A stretch of DNA of 64,000 nucleotides from Candidatus Poribacteria bacterium (GTDB lineage Bacteria; Poribacteria; WGA-4E; PCPOR2b): contig JAGWBT010000002.1 of the NCBI GenBank assembly GCA_021295755.1, positions 7,256 to 71,255 on the forward strand, given 5' to 3'. This document shows, piece after piece, positions 10,007 through 20,757 of this stretch. Within the stretch, counting starts at the first letter, position 1. Every line of letters starts with the position of its first letter. The notes beneath the pieces are model-generated. The model was not told the origin of the DNA and did not search any database. It saw nothing but the letters and a program-made list of their open reading frames with translations. Both the position numbers and the translations under genes were made by a program.

Positions 10007-11866
10007 ATGGCTGATAGCAACAACACCGAAGAAATCCAAGAATTTGAGTATAAAGCAGAGATGAAACAACTTCTGCATCTCATTGTTCATTCGCTTTATA
10101 CTCATCCCGAGGTTGCCATCCGCGAATTAATTTCTAACGCTTCCGATGCGTTGCATAAAATCCGCTTCAGACAGTTGACGGATAAGAATATCCTAAATCC
10201 TGAAGTGCCTTTAAGGATTGACATCGCGGTTGATTCCGATGCACAAACATTCTCGATTACGGATACAGGCGTCGGCATGACTAGGGACGATTTGACCGAA
10301 AGAATCGGTACCGTTGCGAGTTCGGGAACGCTAGAATTTCTGGAGCAAATGAAGGAGGGAGACACACCCTTCGACGCCAACCTGATCGGTCAGTTCGGTA
10401 TCGGTTTTTATTCGGTGTTTATGCTTACGGACGAAATTACAATTGAAACGCGCCACGCTGATACCGACTCAAAGGGGTTCCGATGGCAGTCAACAGGTGA
10501 GGGCAAATTCACCATCAAGGAGATTGAACGTCCGCAGAGAGGCACCCAAATCTCCTTTAAGTTGAAAGACGAATCCAAGGAATTTAGCCAGTCGTATCGT
10601 GTTGAGCAGGTCATCCAGAAATACTCTAATTTTGTCGATTTTCCTGTTTCAGTCAATGGGAAGCAGGTGAACACTGTCAGTGCCTTGTGGCATAAGAATA
10701 GGAATGAAGTGACGGAGGAGGAGCGGAATGAGTTCTATAAATTCATATCAAACGACCTCAATCCGCCGCTCGGTCACCTACACCTTTCTCTCGAAGGTCG
10801 CGTGAATTTCAAAGCGTTGATGTTTATACCGGAAACGCAACCGCTCAGATTTCTCAGGGAGGAAGACCTGAGTTCGCTGCACCTGTATTCGAGCAAGGTC
10901 TTTATTCAGGACGATTGCAAAGAACTCCTGCCTGAATACCTTCGATTTATATCAGGGGTGGTGGATACCGAAGATCTGCCCTTGAATGTATCCCGCGAGG
11001 TGACACAATCGAGTCCTATCATGGCACGTATCCGAGAAACCTTAACGGGCAGGATACTCTCTCTGCTGGAAGATTGGGCGAAAGATGACGCAGAGAAGTA
11101 TGAGAAATTCTTCAGGAATTTCGGCTTGCTCTTCAAAACAGGACTGAGTTCAGATTTCGTCAACAAAGATCGACTGCTTCAGCTCTTGCGATTTGAGTCG
11201 ACCAAAACCGAAAGTGGCAAGTTTACCTCGCTGAAGGATTATGTCGCTGGGATGTCGGAGGATCAGGAGGAGATCTATTACTTGTCAGGTGACAGCAGAG
11301 ATGTGGTAGAACGGAATCCCAATTTGGAATATTTCAAGAAACAAGGGATTGAGGTGTTGTTCTTCATCGATCCCGTTGATCTGTTCAATATTCCCCATCT
11401 GCTTGAATATGACGAGAAACCGCTGAAAAGCATCGAAAAGGCGGATATAGATCTCAAAGCAGACGAAGAAAGCCAAGATGAAACCTTAACCGAGGATACC
11501 AACCTGATTTCTGTTTTCAAGGAGATTCTCGGCGATAAGGTGGAGGATGTGGTGGCTTCCAAAAGATTGGTTGATTCAGCAGCAACCTTGGTTGTCGGGG
11601 CAGAGGGTATGGATGCCCACATGGAGCGGATGATGAAAATGATGAATCAGGATTTCACTGGATCCAAGCGCATCTTGGAACTCAACTTTTCCCATCCGTT
11701 GATAAAGAATCTCGCACAACTCAACCAGAACCAGGGCGATGAAACCCTTATCAAGAACTGTATTTTACAGCTTTACGAGGGCGCGTTGCTAGTTGACGGA
11801 AATACCGTGGACCCACCCACGTTTGTCGCTCGGATGACGGAGATTATGGAACGAGCAACAAATTGA
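10007..11866 (+). CDS. htpG: molecular chaperone HtpG (Hsp90)
   Basis: RELISNASDA, DTGVGMT, IGQFGIGFYS, DLPLNVSRE. Confidence 0.97.
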   Translation: MADSNNTEEIQEFEYKAEMKQLLHLIVHSLYTHPEVAIRELISNASDALHKIRFRQLTDKNILNPEVPLRIDIAVDSDAQTFSITDTGVGMTRDDLTERIGTVASSGTLEFLEQMKEGDTPFDANLIGQFGIGFYSVFMLTDEITIETRHADTDSKGFRWQSTGEGKFTIKEIERPQRGTQISFKLKDESKEFSQSYRVEQVIQKYSNFVDFPVSVNGKQVNTVSALWHKNRNEVTEEERNEFYKFISNDLNPPLGHLHLSLEGRVNFKALMFIPETQPLRFLREEDLSSLHLYSSKVFIQDDCKELLPEYLRFISGVVDTEDLPLNVSREVTQSSPIMARIRETLTGRILSLLEDWAKDDAEKYEKFFRNFGLLFKTGLSSDFVNKDRLLQLLRFESTKTESGKFTSLKDYVAGMSEDQEEIYYLSGDSRDVVERNPNLEYFKKQGIEVLFFIDPVDLFNIPHLLEYDEKPLKSIEKADIDLKADEESQDETLTEDTNLISVFKEILGDKVEDVVASKRLVDSAATLVVGAEGMDAHMERMMKMMNQDFTGSKRILELNFSHPLIKNLAQLNQNQGDETLIKNCILQLYEGALLVDGNTVDPPTFVARMTEIMERATN

Positions 11867-11945
11867 CGCGAATTCTAATTTGGCAAATCGTACCCCAACT
11901 TATCGGGGCTATACCTATTTATGGAAGGTTTTGAAGGAGAAATTA

Positions 11946-13031
11946 ATGAATGCAACAATTACCGTAATACCCGGAGATGGAATCGGTCAAGAAGTTACAG
12001 CTGAGGCTATTCGGGTATTGGATACGATTCAAGACAAATATGGACATCGACTTGAGTACGAATACGGACTTCTCGGCGGTTGCGCGATCGATGAAACGGG
12101 CACAGCTTTGCCGCAAGAAACGTTAGACTTGTGCCGAAGGTCTGACGCAATCCTATTCGGTGCGGCCGGAGGACCAGAGTGGGAGGATGTTCCAAGCGCA
12201 GAGCGCCCCGAACGCGCTGTCGGAACAGTGCGCAAAGAATTAGACCTTTTTGTGAACCTTCGCCCGATTCGTGGGAGAAAGGCGTTGGCACCCGTCATGC
12301 CGGTGAAGGACGAGATCATCGGTGAGGGGCTAGACTTTATCGTGATTCGTGAGTTGGCTGGTGGTTTATATTATGGTGAACCACGCGGCATCGAACCACA
12401 CGCAGATGGAGAACGTGGCTGCAATACGCTTGCTTACACGACGCGCGAGATTGACCGTGTGGTGCGCGCTGGCTTTGAACTTGCACGAAAACGCACTAAA
12501 AAACTAACCTCTGTGGCGAAGGAGAACATGCTGGAAAGCTCAAAACTCTGGCGAGAAGTTGCGACAAAGGTTAGTCAGGATTATCCCGATGTCGAATTGG
12601 ACCATATCCTAGTTGATGCGTGTGCCTATCACCTCATCCGAAACCCGAGCCAATTTGATGTTATGGTGACGGGAAATATTTTCGGAGATATCCTCACCGA
12701 CGAAGCGGCCGTGTTGGTTGGTTCACTCGGCATGTGCCCGTCAGCGAGCTACGGATATACCAAGCAAGGCTTCTACGAGCCAATTCACGGCACCGCGCCC
12801 GATATCACCGGGCAAGGGGTTGCTAACCCGATTGGGGAGATTCTGTCCGCTGCCCTTTTGCTTCAACACTCCTTCAATCTTGATACGGAGGCTGCGGATA
12901 TTGAAAACGCCGTTGACCACGCAATCGACAAAGGATTTCGCACAATCGATATTCAGCAGCCTGGGCTGAAAACGGTCGGCACTGTTGAAATGACAGACGC
13001 TATTATTGCCGAGATTCGATCCGATTCGTGA
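11946..13031 (+). CDS. leuB: 3-isopropylmalate dehydrogenase
   Basis: IPGDGIGQEV, NLRP, RELAGGLYYG, NIFGDILTDEA, EPIHGTAPDI; RBS AAGGAG. Confidence 0.92.
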   Translation: MNATITVIPGDGIGQEVTAEAIRVLDTIQDKYGHRLEYEYGLLGGCAIDETGTALPQETLDLCRRSDAILFGAAGGPEWEDVPSAERPERAVGTVRKELDLFVNLRPIRGRKALAPVMPVKDEIIGEGLDFIVIRELAGGLYYGEPRGIEPHADGERGCNTLAYTTREIDRVVRAGFELARKRTKKLTSVAKENMLESSKLWREVATKVSQDYPDVELDHILVDACAYHLIRNPSQFDVMVTGNIFGDILTDEAAVLVGSLGMCPSASYGYTKQGFYEPIHGTAPDITGQGVANPIGEILSAALLLQHSFNLDTEAADIENAVDHAIDKGFRTIDIQQPGLKTVGTVEMTDAIIAEIRSDS

Positions 13032-13045
13032 AGCGTAGTAAGATC

Positions 13046-13487
13046 ATGAAAAAAGTTGATTATGATCAGAATCAGTACAAGAATTATCAGCAAGGACGCG
13101 CACATTCTGCGGAAACGATTCGTCTCTGGATGGATGCCCTTGCAAAGTACCTTCCCCGACCGATTGGATACAGTGATACACTATGAATTCTTTCCAACCG
13201 CCAAAGGGATTGATAACCAGAATCTTTTATGCTTGGAAGCAGTTGAGGATTTATTTTCCGCAAACGGGTTTGAGAAGGTTGCTTTGGAAACCATTCTGCA
13301 GAAAATTGACGACAGTTTGCAGGCATACTACCAGCGTATCAAAATGAGGTCGTACTCAACGTTTGAATTTATGTCAGACGAAGAATTTCAAGCGGGGTTG
13401 CTTGCAATGAAAAAAGCTGTGGATAATGAAAAAGAGCCATCGCCGGTAACTGAAGCAATTGATTTGTTAGTTTTCAAGAAATGTTAG
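13046..13487 (+). pseudogene. SAM-dependent methyltransferase with the central domain deleted and a frameshift
   Basis: N-terminus MKKVDYDQNQYKNYQQGRAHSAETIRLW.. in one frame joins near 13160 to a C-terminal half (HYEFFP..GFE..YSTFEFMSDEEFQAGL) in another frame; no GxGxG motif. Confidence 0.6.
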
Positions 13488-13509
13488 TTGCAAGGAGATT
13501 TTTTTGGGT

Positions 13510-14142
13510 ATGACAAAACTTCGCAGAGAATATACCGATGCCGGCTTGAATGAGCAAGACTTAGATGCAAATCCCTTTAATCAATTTGACCAATGGTTTC
13601 AGGAGGCGATCGATGCGAAAATTGATCTGCCGGACGCGATGACGCTGGCAACAGCAACGCAGGATGGTATACCTTCGGCGAGGATTGTGCTGCTCAGAGG
13701 ACATGATGAGCGGGGTTTTGTTTTTTATACGGACTACGAAAGCCAAAAGGGGAAAGAACTCGCAGAGAATCCGAAGGCAGCGTTGGTTTTTTACTGGCGT
13801 GAACTGGATCGGCAGGTGCGTATCACCGGGCAGGTAAGCAAGGTTTCTCGTGAAAATTCCCAACACTATTTTCAGAGTCGGCCTATCGGCAGTCGTTTGG
13901 CTGCATTGGCTTCAAAACAAAGCGAGGTTATCCCTGACCGACGGGTACTGGAAGATCGATTCAATCAGTTAGCAGCGCAATATCAAGACGAAGAGATTCC
14001 GCTGCCGGCGGATTGGGGTGGTTATCGTTTATCTCCTGACATGATTGAATTCTGGAGCGGGCGTCCAAGCCGCCTGCATGACCGTCTTCGCTATACCCGC
14101 CAACCCAATAATGATTGGCGGATTGAACGGATTTCGCCGTGA
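13510..14142 (+). CDS. pdxH: pyridoxamine 5'-phosphate oxidase
   Basis: AMTLATA, PSARIVLLR, ESQKG, YFQSRP, EFWSGRPSRLHDR. Confidence 0.95.
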   Translation: MTKLRREYTDAGLNEQDLDANPFNQFDQWFQEAIDAKIDLPDAMTLATATQDGIPSARIVLLRGHDERGFVFYTDYESQKGKELAENPKAALVFYWRELDRQVRITGQVSKVSRENSQHYFQSRPIGSRLAALASKQSEVIPDRRVLEDRFNQLAAQYQDEEIPLPADWGGYRLSPDMIEFWSGRPSRLHDRLRYTRQPNNDWRIERISP

Positions 14143-14169
14143 TGCTTTCTCTCGAATCAGTTTCCTCGG

Positions 14170-14997
14170 TTAAATGACCACGTCGGATTTTTTTGCCTTT
14201 TCCGTTGTTTGACCGGAAATCTCGTCACCAACTTGTCGAAGTTGATTAAAGTCGCGTTGGAAGCCTTCATGTAATGCCCCCACGTCGGTCTTGTGCAGGA
14301 CAAATCGAACCCCTTCTTGAATCCACTTTGTTGACAACTCGACAGATTGCAGATGGATAGCGACAGGTATATTGCGCTCACCGGACGTGCGAATAACAAA
14401 GCGGAGCATCTCCTCGAAATCCGGATGATCGTACTGATCTGGGATGCCCATTGTGATACTCATGTCATTCGGTCCGACAAAAACTGCATCAATCCCACCG
14501 ATTTTTAAGATCTCTTCCAAATTATCGGCGGCAGGCACGCTCTCAATCCCAATCATGACAACCGTATTGCGATTTCTTTCCTGCAAATACTCTTTCGATG
14601 CCTCGCTTGGGAATTCCCCCGTTTCCATCACGCGGTCCACGAGTGCGCCTTTTAACGGACGCCATCTCGCTGCCGCGACCACTTCCTTAACTTCTTCAAC
14701 AGTTTCGCAGTATGGAACTAAGACACCGTGTGCACCGGCATCAAGCGCCATGGTTACATAGTGAGATGAGGGGATTGGGACGCGGATAATTGAGGTTGTT
14801 CCTGTTGTGTTAATTGCCGCGATGAAATCCGCTACCTCACCCCGACTATATGCTGAATGTTCATTATCAATAATTACATAATCGAAGTTGAGTTGGCCAA
14901 TAGCTCTTGCCCACCGGGGATTCCGCGATAGACTCAGCATTGTGCCGTATACGATGCCACCATTTTCTAATTTATTGCGTAGATCTATGCCAGCCAT
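14170..14997 (-). CDS. HpcH/HpaI aldolase family protein
   Basis: IDNEH, LDAGAHGVLVP, IES, VFVGPNDMS; RBS GGAG before ATG 14997. Confidence 0.88.
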   Translation of the reverse strand: MAGIDLRNKLENGGIVYGTMLSLSRNPRWARAIGQLNFDYVIIDNEHSAYSRGEVADFIAAINTTGTTSIIRVPIPSSHYVTMALDAGAHGVLVPYCETVEEVKEVVAAARWRPLKGALVDRVMETGEFPSEASKEYLQERNRNTVVMIGIESVPAADNLEEILKIGGIDAVFVGPNDMSITMGIPDQYDHPDFEEMLRFVIRTSGERNIPVAIHLQSVELSTKWIQEGVRFVLHKTDVGALHEGFQRDFNQLRQVGDEISGQTTEKAKKSDVVI

Positions 14998-15100
14998 TGA
15001 TTTCTCCGTATTGGTGTTGCTTGGATAACAGTGAGGGTAATCTGCCAAAATCAAGTTGTATGAATTCACGAATTGATTTGTGAGTTGACAGACAGTATGT

Positions 15101-15757
15101 TCATTCGGATTCGCGATTTGGGTTGATTTGTTGTTGCATCTGCTGCCGAATCATGAAGTCGTCGGGGGCAACAATTCCACCTGAAATTAGCATTTTCATG
15201 GCAGTTTCAACCTTCATGTTTGTCTCATAGATGATTTCTGGATCACAGAAGAGCAAAACGCCTGTTGTCGGGTTTGGACTGGTTGGGACAAAAACAGAAG
15301 CAACTGGAACGGGATTCCCTTCTTCGTGGAACTCTCCTGTAACGAAGCCGATAACACGTATCGTCGATCCGGGAGTCTTAACCGCAACCGCTCGTGAGAA
15401 TTCGCTTGAGCTTGAGGTCATCAAAGCCATTTGCACCACCTGTTTGACAGGGGCGTAGACTTCACGCACGAGCGGAATCTTTGTTAAAATTTTCTCTCCT
15501 GCCCCAAGTAGCTTTTGTCCCAAAAAATTGGAGACGATTAAACCCACTAGGTAGACGAGCAGGAGCGTCGCTAGCACTCCCATACCGATGTGATATCTTT
15601 CCTCCAAGACCTGTGACAATATCGGCGACATTACCGGCTTAAGCCAGCCATCAATTGTAGTGAAAAGGAACTTCAGTACAAAGATGGTGACACCCAACGG
15701 TATCAGCGTTAAAATTCCTGTGATTAGTGTACTTCTGAAATGTCTTCTAATACCCAT
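15101..15757 (-). CDS. DUF502 family membrane protein
   Basis: ITGILTLIPLGVT, KIPLVREVY, VFVPTSPNPTTG. Confidence 0.88.
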   Translation of the reverse strand: MGIRRHFRSTLITGILTLIPLGVTIFVLKFLFTTIDGWLKPVMSPILSQVLEERYHIGMGVLATLLLVYLVGLIVSNFLGQKLLGAGEKILTKIPLVREVYAPVKQVVQMALMTSSSSEFSRAVAVKTPGSTIRVIGFVTGEFHEEGNPVPVASVFVPTSPNPTTGVLLFCDPEIIYETNMKVETAMKMLISGGIVAPDDFMIRQQMQQQINPNRESE

Positions 15758-16234
15758 TTTTGTTTGAATTGATAAAGTAAGGCTAAACGACGTCAAATTT
15801 ATTTCATTGGTTGTTAATTACGCCGTAAAACTAAAGATTGAATAACGTGGCTTGCTACGCATAGGATATGCCGCAGTTAGACGAAAGAGAATCTAAGCAA
15901 AAAACAATACACACAAGGGTTCGCTGGATAAGCAATTTTACTTCCACCACCCTCGGCTGGATTAGATCTTTCTATCTAGGCTGAACAAGGCTATAGCATA
16001 CAACGCAAAAGGGTAAAAAAAGATGCAAAATATCTTAATTTCCGATAGGTAGTATTCTAATAATTATGATAGCATACAACCACTGCATCGTCAATCAGGG
16101 TACACATTTCCACAACCAAGTTAACCGCTATGAGAATTTTTGTGAAATGCGTGAATCTTGTTGTTATTGAGATTTAATCGCGTTAGAATACAGTCAGTTC
16201 GACGTAAAAACTGATTCAGGAAAGGTGTAAGCGC

Positions 16235-17404
16235 GTGAAAATCACTAAAGTTGATACACTTCGGGCGAGCCGATTCATGTACGTCAAAGTTGAAACAGAT
16301 GAAGGCATCACAGGGGTTGGTGAGCTTCATCCTGCTAGTGGTACTGGTGGCACTCCATTTTTGCCGATCGCAGGGGTTGAATATTGCGCCGAATACCTCG
16401 TTGGCAAGGACCCATTACACATCGAACGGCACTGGCAGCATACATTCCGTCGCTGTTTATTCCGTGGCGGCGCAGACGTGATGTCTGCCATCGGTGCGAT
16501 TGACATCGCGTTGTGGGACATCAAGGGCAAGGTGCTCGATGCACCGGTTTATGAACTAATTGGGGGACCCACACGAGAGAAAATTCGTCTTTATACACAT
16601 CTGGGCGGAAACACACCCGAAGAATTGGCAGAGCAAGCTGCCGCGCGGGTTGAAGAGGGGTTCACTGCTGTGAGGTTGTATCCGTTTGGTGATTTTGGCG
16701 TGTTTGATTTCGAGGAGGGACGCGGTCTGGAAAGCATGAGCTATACCGCGATGGTTCGTAACGCTGAACAGCGGGTCGGAGCGGTTCGAGACGCGGTGGG
16801 TCCGGATGTAGATGTCATGATTGATGTTGTCAACCGACTTACCCCAGCGGAAGCCATCGCTGTGGGACGTGCACTTGAGCCGTATAACCTATACTTTTTC
16901 GAGGATCCGATTGAACCTGAAAATATGGACGCATGGGAGTACGTTGCGGCTAGCGTTCCTATGCCGCTTGCGATGGGGGAACGGCTCTACACAATTTACC
17001 AGTTCCGGGACCTGCTGAACCACAACGGCGCTGCATTCGTCCGTCCCGACCTGTCGCTCGCCGGGGGCATCACAAATGTCAAGAAAATCGCGACCCTTGC
17101 AGAGGCGAGTTACATCGGTGTGGTGCCGCACAACCCGTTGAGTTGTGTCCTCACTGCCGCGTGTGTGCAGATTGATGCAGCTATTCACAATCTTGCTATG
17201 CAAGAGTATCCGCTGGGTGAAGATAAATCCCCCAAGGACGATCTTGTCAAAGAACCGATTAAGCGCGAAGGTGGATATTTAATTCCTCCGGACACCCCCG
17301 GAATTGGAATTGAACTCAACGAAGAGGCGTTCAAGCATTACCCTCCGGAGCCGTATGTGCGTCCACCACTCATTACGCCAGATGGGGGATTGAAGGAATA
17401 TTAA
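16235..17404 (+). CDS. mandelate racemase/galactonate dehydratase-like enolase superfamily enzyme
   Basis: VETDEGITGVGE, AIDIALWDIKGK, FFEDP, GER, PHN, PGIGIE. Confidence 0.88.
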   Translation: MKITKVDTLRASRFMYVKVETDEGITGVGELHPASGTGGTPFLPIAGVEYCAEYLVGKDPLHIERHWQHTFRRCLFRGGADVMSAIGAIDIALWDIKGKVLDAPVYELIGGPTREKIRLYTHLGGNTPEELAEQAAARVEEGFTAVRLYPFGDFGVFDFEEGRGLESMSYTAMVRNAEQRVGAVRDAVGPDVDVMIDVVNRLTPAEAIAVGRALEPYNLYFFEDPIEPENMDAWEYVAASVPMPLAMGERLYTIYQFRDLLNHNGAAFVRPDLSLAGGITNVKKIATLAEASYIGVVPHNPLSCVLTAACVQIDAAIHNLAMQEYPLGEDKSPKDDLVKEPIKREGGYLIPPDTPGIGIELNEEAFKHYPPEPYVRPPLITPDGGLKEY

Positions 17405-18639
17405 TTACTTGGTATTGGCAACCACATCCCACCAGTTTTTCTCGCTAGCGCCTTTTGCTCACGTTCAGCTTTGAGCGGATCGTCGGCTTCGGTTCTATCA
17501 GTTACGCCCCCAATTATATCCAATGTGATTTCTGCTGCCCAGCATCGTTGTAGCACCTCTTGAATTGTATAGGGACCTGTGCACGGTGCATCGGTGATGA
17601 GGATAAAACGCCGTCGTGCCCCCGGACGGAATTTTATCCTCGTGATCGATTTGACAATCGCCTCATAAGCCCGTTCAGCCCCACTGCATTCGAGATTTTC
17701 TAGAAGACGTTCATACCTCTGATAATCCTTTGTTGGTTGATGAAAATGCTGTGCCAGATACTTAAACGGCACCATTGCCATTGTGAAATCTAGCTGTTCT
17801 GCTTGGAAGATTTCCACCATATCAACCAAACGCCTTCCCACTGCGCGAATATTATCTTCCATACTTCCGCTAGTATCTAACAAAAAGACGATATCTACGG
17901 TTGGTGTATCTTTCCCGCTCGCGATACCGCTGGCAATTGTCTGAAGAAGCGAGCCAATCTGTGCATCGCGATCAAGCGATGGTGTCTTAGCACTGTCAGT
18001 TTGCGGTCTTTCTATTTGCGACAGATCTTGCTCAACTTCAGTGGAGGTTGATTGAGGAATTTCGGCCACGGTTTCTAGTGGTTCGGCAATTGATTCTTGT
18101 AAATGCCAATCGTCTTCGGAGGCTTCTGCAAACGGCGTATCTGATGTGGGGAGTAGGTGAGCCGTTGTACTCAGCGGTTTAGCGGTTGACTGAACCGGCG
18201 GGGTTACTTGGTTTACCTGCACTGCTAAATCCTTTGGGGACATTGTTGGTGTAGAATGCACACTGTTTGCGTAAAGTTGGTTAGGGATGTCAGCATGAAA
18301 GATTGGCTTTTTGATTTCTACGGGATGGAGACGTTGGGAATGAAATTCGACCTCAATAAGTTCTGCAATAATCGAATCTGGTGGCGGAGGTGGTCGATAC
18401 CATCGCGGCAAATTGACGCTAACCATAAGGACCGCAATCAGGTGCAGCAGCAAGGAGGTAAAAAACGAGAAACGTGTGCGACGATTCGCTCTGGCTCGAT
18501 TGGACATCGGTGGCCATCGGAGATTTTCGGGCGTGGGGCGAGAAGCGTGCGACGCAGAGCGTTGAAAGTCAACCAGGGCACTGCCTCTATAAAATCTAAA
18601 TCGCGATATGCGACGGGTAAATATGGTTCGCCAATTCAT
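17401..18639 (-). CDS. membrane-anchored vWA domain protein with a TonB-like low-complexity linker
   Basis: SLLLH TM segment, Pro-rich linker, MIDAS DIVFLLDTSGSM, ILITDAP. Confidence 0.75.
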   Translation of the reverse strand: MNWRTIFTRRISRFRFYRGSALVDFQRSASHASRPTPENLRWPPMSNRARANRRTRFSFFTSLLLHLIAVLMVSVNLPRWYRPPPPPDSIIAELIEVEFHSQRLHPVEIKKPIFHADIPNQLYANSVHSTPTMSPKDLAVQVNQVTPPVQSTAKPLSTTAHLLPTSDTPFAEASEDDWHLQESIAEPLETVAEIPQSTSTEVEQDLSQIERPQTDSAKTPSLDRDAQIGSLLQTIASGIASGKDTPTVDIVFLLDTSGSMEDNIRAVGRRLVDMVEIFQAEQLDFTMAMVPFKYLAQHFHQPTKDYQRYERLLENLECSGAERAYEAIVKSITRIKFRPGARRRFILITDAPCTGPYTIQEVLQRCWAAEITLDIIGGVTDRTEADDPLKAEREQKALARKTGGMWLPIPSN

Positions 18640-18839
18640 TGGATTCCTCACTCGCCAATTTGCGCGCTGCGATTTTATCACCAAGCGTTCTGTCTGTCAA
18701 AGGAAATCCCGCTTGAGATCAAGTCAGCTAAGGGATGGAGAATAGAGATTTTTGCTTGCAGGTTCAAAGAGGGGTGTGTTACAATAATCTCAATTTTCAT
18801 GTTTTCGGTAATTTAGGCTTCATAATTGGAACGGGAACC

Positions 18840-19331
18840 ATGGAAGCAAATGTACTGGTATTAAATGCAAGCTATGAAGCAATTAACGTTTGCAACCTAA
18901 GACGTGCAATGAAGATGCTTGTCAAAGTTTCTGATCTTGAGATTCGTTCGCCGACCATGTCGATGAAGATACCGTTGGTAATTCGTCTGGTGAACTATGT
19001 CCATATCCCTCATTGCGTCGTGAAGTTTTCACGTAAGAATGTCTTGACTCGAGATCAATACACATGTCAATATTGCGATGAACATTTTCCACCGTCAACG
19101 CTAACAATTGATCATGTCAAACCTCGTTCGAGAGGTGGAACGACCGTGTGGGAAAATGTGGCGACCGCGTGTAAAAGGTGTAACGCCAAGAAGGGCGATC
19201 GCACGCCCCATGAAGCGGGTATGTTCCCCAAGCGTTCGCCCAAGGCACCCTCAATTATTTCCTATCTGCACCTGAGCCGGAATGGTCGGTCCTATGACGA
19301 ATCTTGGAAAAAGTACCTATACATCAACTAA
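18840..19331 (+). CDS. HNH endonuclease (McrA-like)
   Basis: VLVLNASYE, RDQYTCQYC, TIDHVKPRSRGG, WENVATACKRCNAKKG. Confidence 0.92.
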   Translation: MEANVLVLNASYEAINVCNLRRAMKMLVKVSDLEIRSPTMSMKIPLVIRLVNYVHIPHCVVKFSRKNVLTRDQYTCQYCDEHFPPSTLTIDHVKPRSRGGTTVWENVATACKRCNAKKGDRTPHEAGMFPKRSPKAPSIISYLHLSRNGRSYDESWKKYLYIN

Positions 19332-19340
19332 GGTTTTGTC

Positions 19341-20132
19341 TTGATGGAAATCAACAAAGTGGGCCGAAAACGGCAGATGCTATCTCAGCGGGGGCCAATA
19401 TTGTACCTATTGAGAAAAATCGCAAAAAGTCGCCAATGCTTTTCTGTTCCTTTGGTTATGTATTCGTGTGCTCGTATGTGTATTTCTAATGCGTTGATAT
19501 TGAGCCTTTCATTCCTACTGCTGGGTTGTACGCTACACGCTCCGGAAGACTATTACTATGAATTCGCCCTGATGGAAGGGTGGGGAAAAACGAACCGACA
19601 GAAAACTGGACGAGAGCTTCATGAAGTCATACGTCATCCAGAAAACAGCGAACCGCTTGTTATTGCATTTGAAGTTGGTAAACCACCTGCAGCGTTACTC
19701 GGTTTTATTCCGTATGATGTTTCAGATTTACCGGAGGTGGATCAACCATCTACTATTGCGACTCCGAAAGTGCCAATTTCATTACGGGGTGAAGTATTGC
19801 AGCAACTCTTTAATGAGAAACAGATTCGGGTTGTTCATTGGCGGCTGAGGAATGGTCGTCTGAGGGACGATCAGAACGTTGTGCTGCTTAACTTTATTCC
19901 ACGCGCATTTTCCGAACGCGTGATCAAGGAAGAGTTCCTCATGATTTTTGCGCTTGTGCATGCGGCACAAACAGAGGCGGACACAATTGATGTCATACGG
20001 GTGATGGCAGAGGACGAAAACGGCACACCGCAGATGAGTTTGGAGGCTCAAGTTGTAAATTATACTGCCTATTTGCAAGGGAAAATTGACGGACAGCAGT
20101 GGGAGCAGCGACTTCGACTCCAGAGATTTTAA
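19341..20132 (+). CDS. hypothetical lipoprotein (start uncertain, possibly 19476)
   Basis: Hydrophobic stretch ending in lipobox LLGC; long ORF with no family I recognise. Confidence 0.55.
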   Translation: MMEINKVGRKRQMLSQRGPILYLLRKIAKSRQCFSVPLVMYSCARMCISNALILSLSFLLLGCTLHAPEDYYYEFALMEGWGKTNRQKTGRELHEVIRHPENSEPLVIAFEVGKPPAALLGFIPYDVSDLPEVDQPSTIATPKVPISLRGEVLQQLFNEKQIRVVHWRLRNGRLRDDQNVVLLNFIPRAFSERVIKEEFLMIFALVHAAQTEADTIDVIRVMAEDENGTPQMSLEAQVVNYTAYLQGKIDGQQWEQRLRLQRF

Positions 20133-20458
20133 TATGGCGCGTAAAGTTGGAATTTCAACGGGGGTATAAAAAGGGGAAAAAGTACTGGAATCGCCATCTT
20201 GTTATCTATGTTTTCAGACAATCTCTCTCCTCCACCCGTTTGGGTATTACCGTCAGTAAAAAGATTGGAAACAGTGTTAAACGGAACCGCCTTAAACGTC
20301 TGATCCGGGAATCGTTTAGGCTATCACAACAGCAAATACCTCAAGGGTATGATATTGTTGTTGTTGGTCGGTCTGCGGCGGTCGGTGTAAAATGTCAGCA
20401 AATTCAAGCGTCCTTCTTGCAACTGCTACAACAAGCCAAGGTTTGCAGATCCGAGTAG
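20099..20458 (+). CDS. rnpA: ribonuclease P protein component (start uncertain)
   Basis: RLGITVSKKIGNSVKRNRLKRLIRE (RNR motif); position before yidD. Confidence 0.9.
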   Translation: MGAATSTPEILIWRVKLEFQRGYKKGKKYWNRHLVIYVFRQSLSSTRLGITVSKKIGNSVKRNRLKRLIRESFRLSQQQIPQGYDIVVVGRSAAVGVKCQQIQASFLQLLQQAKVCRSE

Positions 20459-20506
20459 TTCCATACTTATGTAAACCTGTTCAACTCTGTAAACCTTGTC
20501 AATACC

Positions 20507-20716
20507 ATGAAGATCTTACTCATCTACGCCATACGCTGCTATCGCAAACTGATTTCACCTCTCTTTCCGCCAACCTGCCGGTTTTATCCCACATGCTCGC
20601 AATATGCCCTTGAAGCAGTTACAAAGTATGGAGCTATAAGAGGAGGGTGGCTTGCGCTTAAACGGCTATCTAAGTGTCACCCTTATCACCCTGGTGGTTA
20701 CCATCCCTTGAAGTAA
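20507..20716 (+). CDS. yidD: membrane protein insertion efficiency factor
   Basis: [20 protein letters not shown]. Confidence 0.95.
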   Translation: MKILLIYAIRCYRKLISPLFPPTCRFYPTCSQYALEAVTKYGAIRGGWLALKRLSKCHPYHPGGYHPLK

Positions 20717-20757
20717 AATTCTATTGTCAAAAAGATCGCCCCGAGGAGATTCGTTAA

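Noticed and set aside
15800..16234. Long divergent intergenic region as a riboswitch or small ORF
   Set aside because: Only weak hairpins and an unconvincing 30-codon ORF; no recognisable aptamer.
18256..18816. 186-aa + strand ORF and the many other short overlapping ORFs in the track
   Set aside because: Antisense or out-of-frame shadows of well-supported genes, with no motifs.
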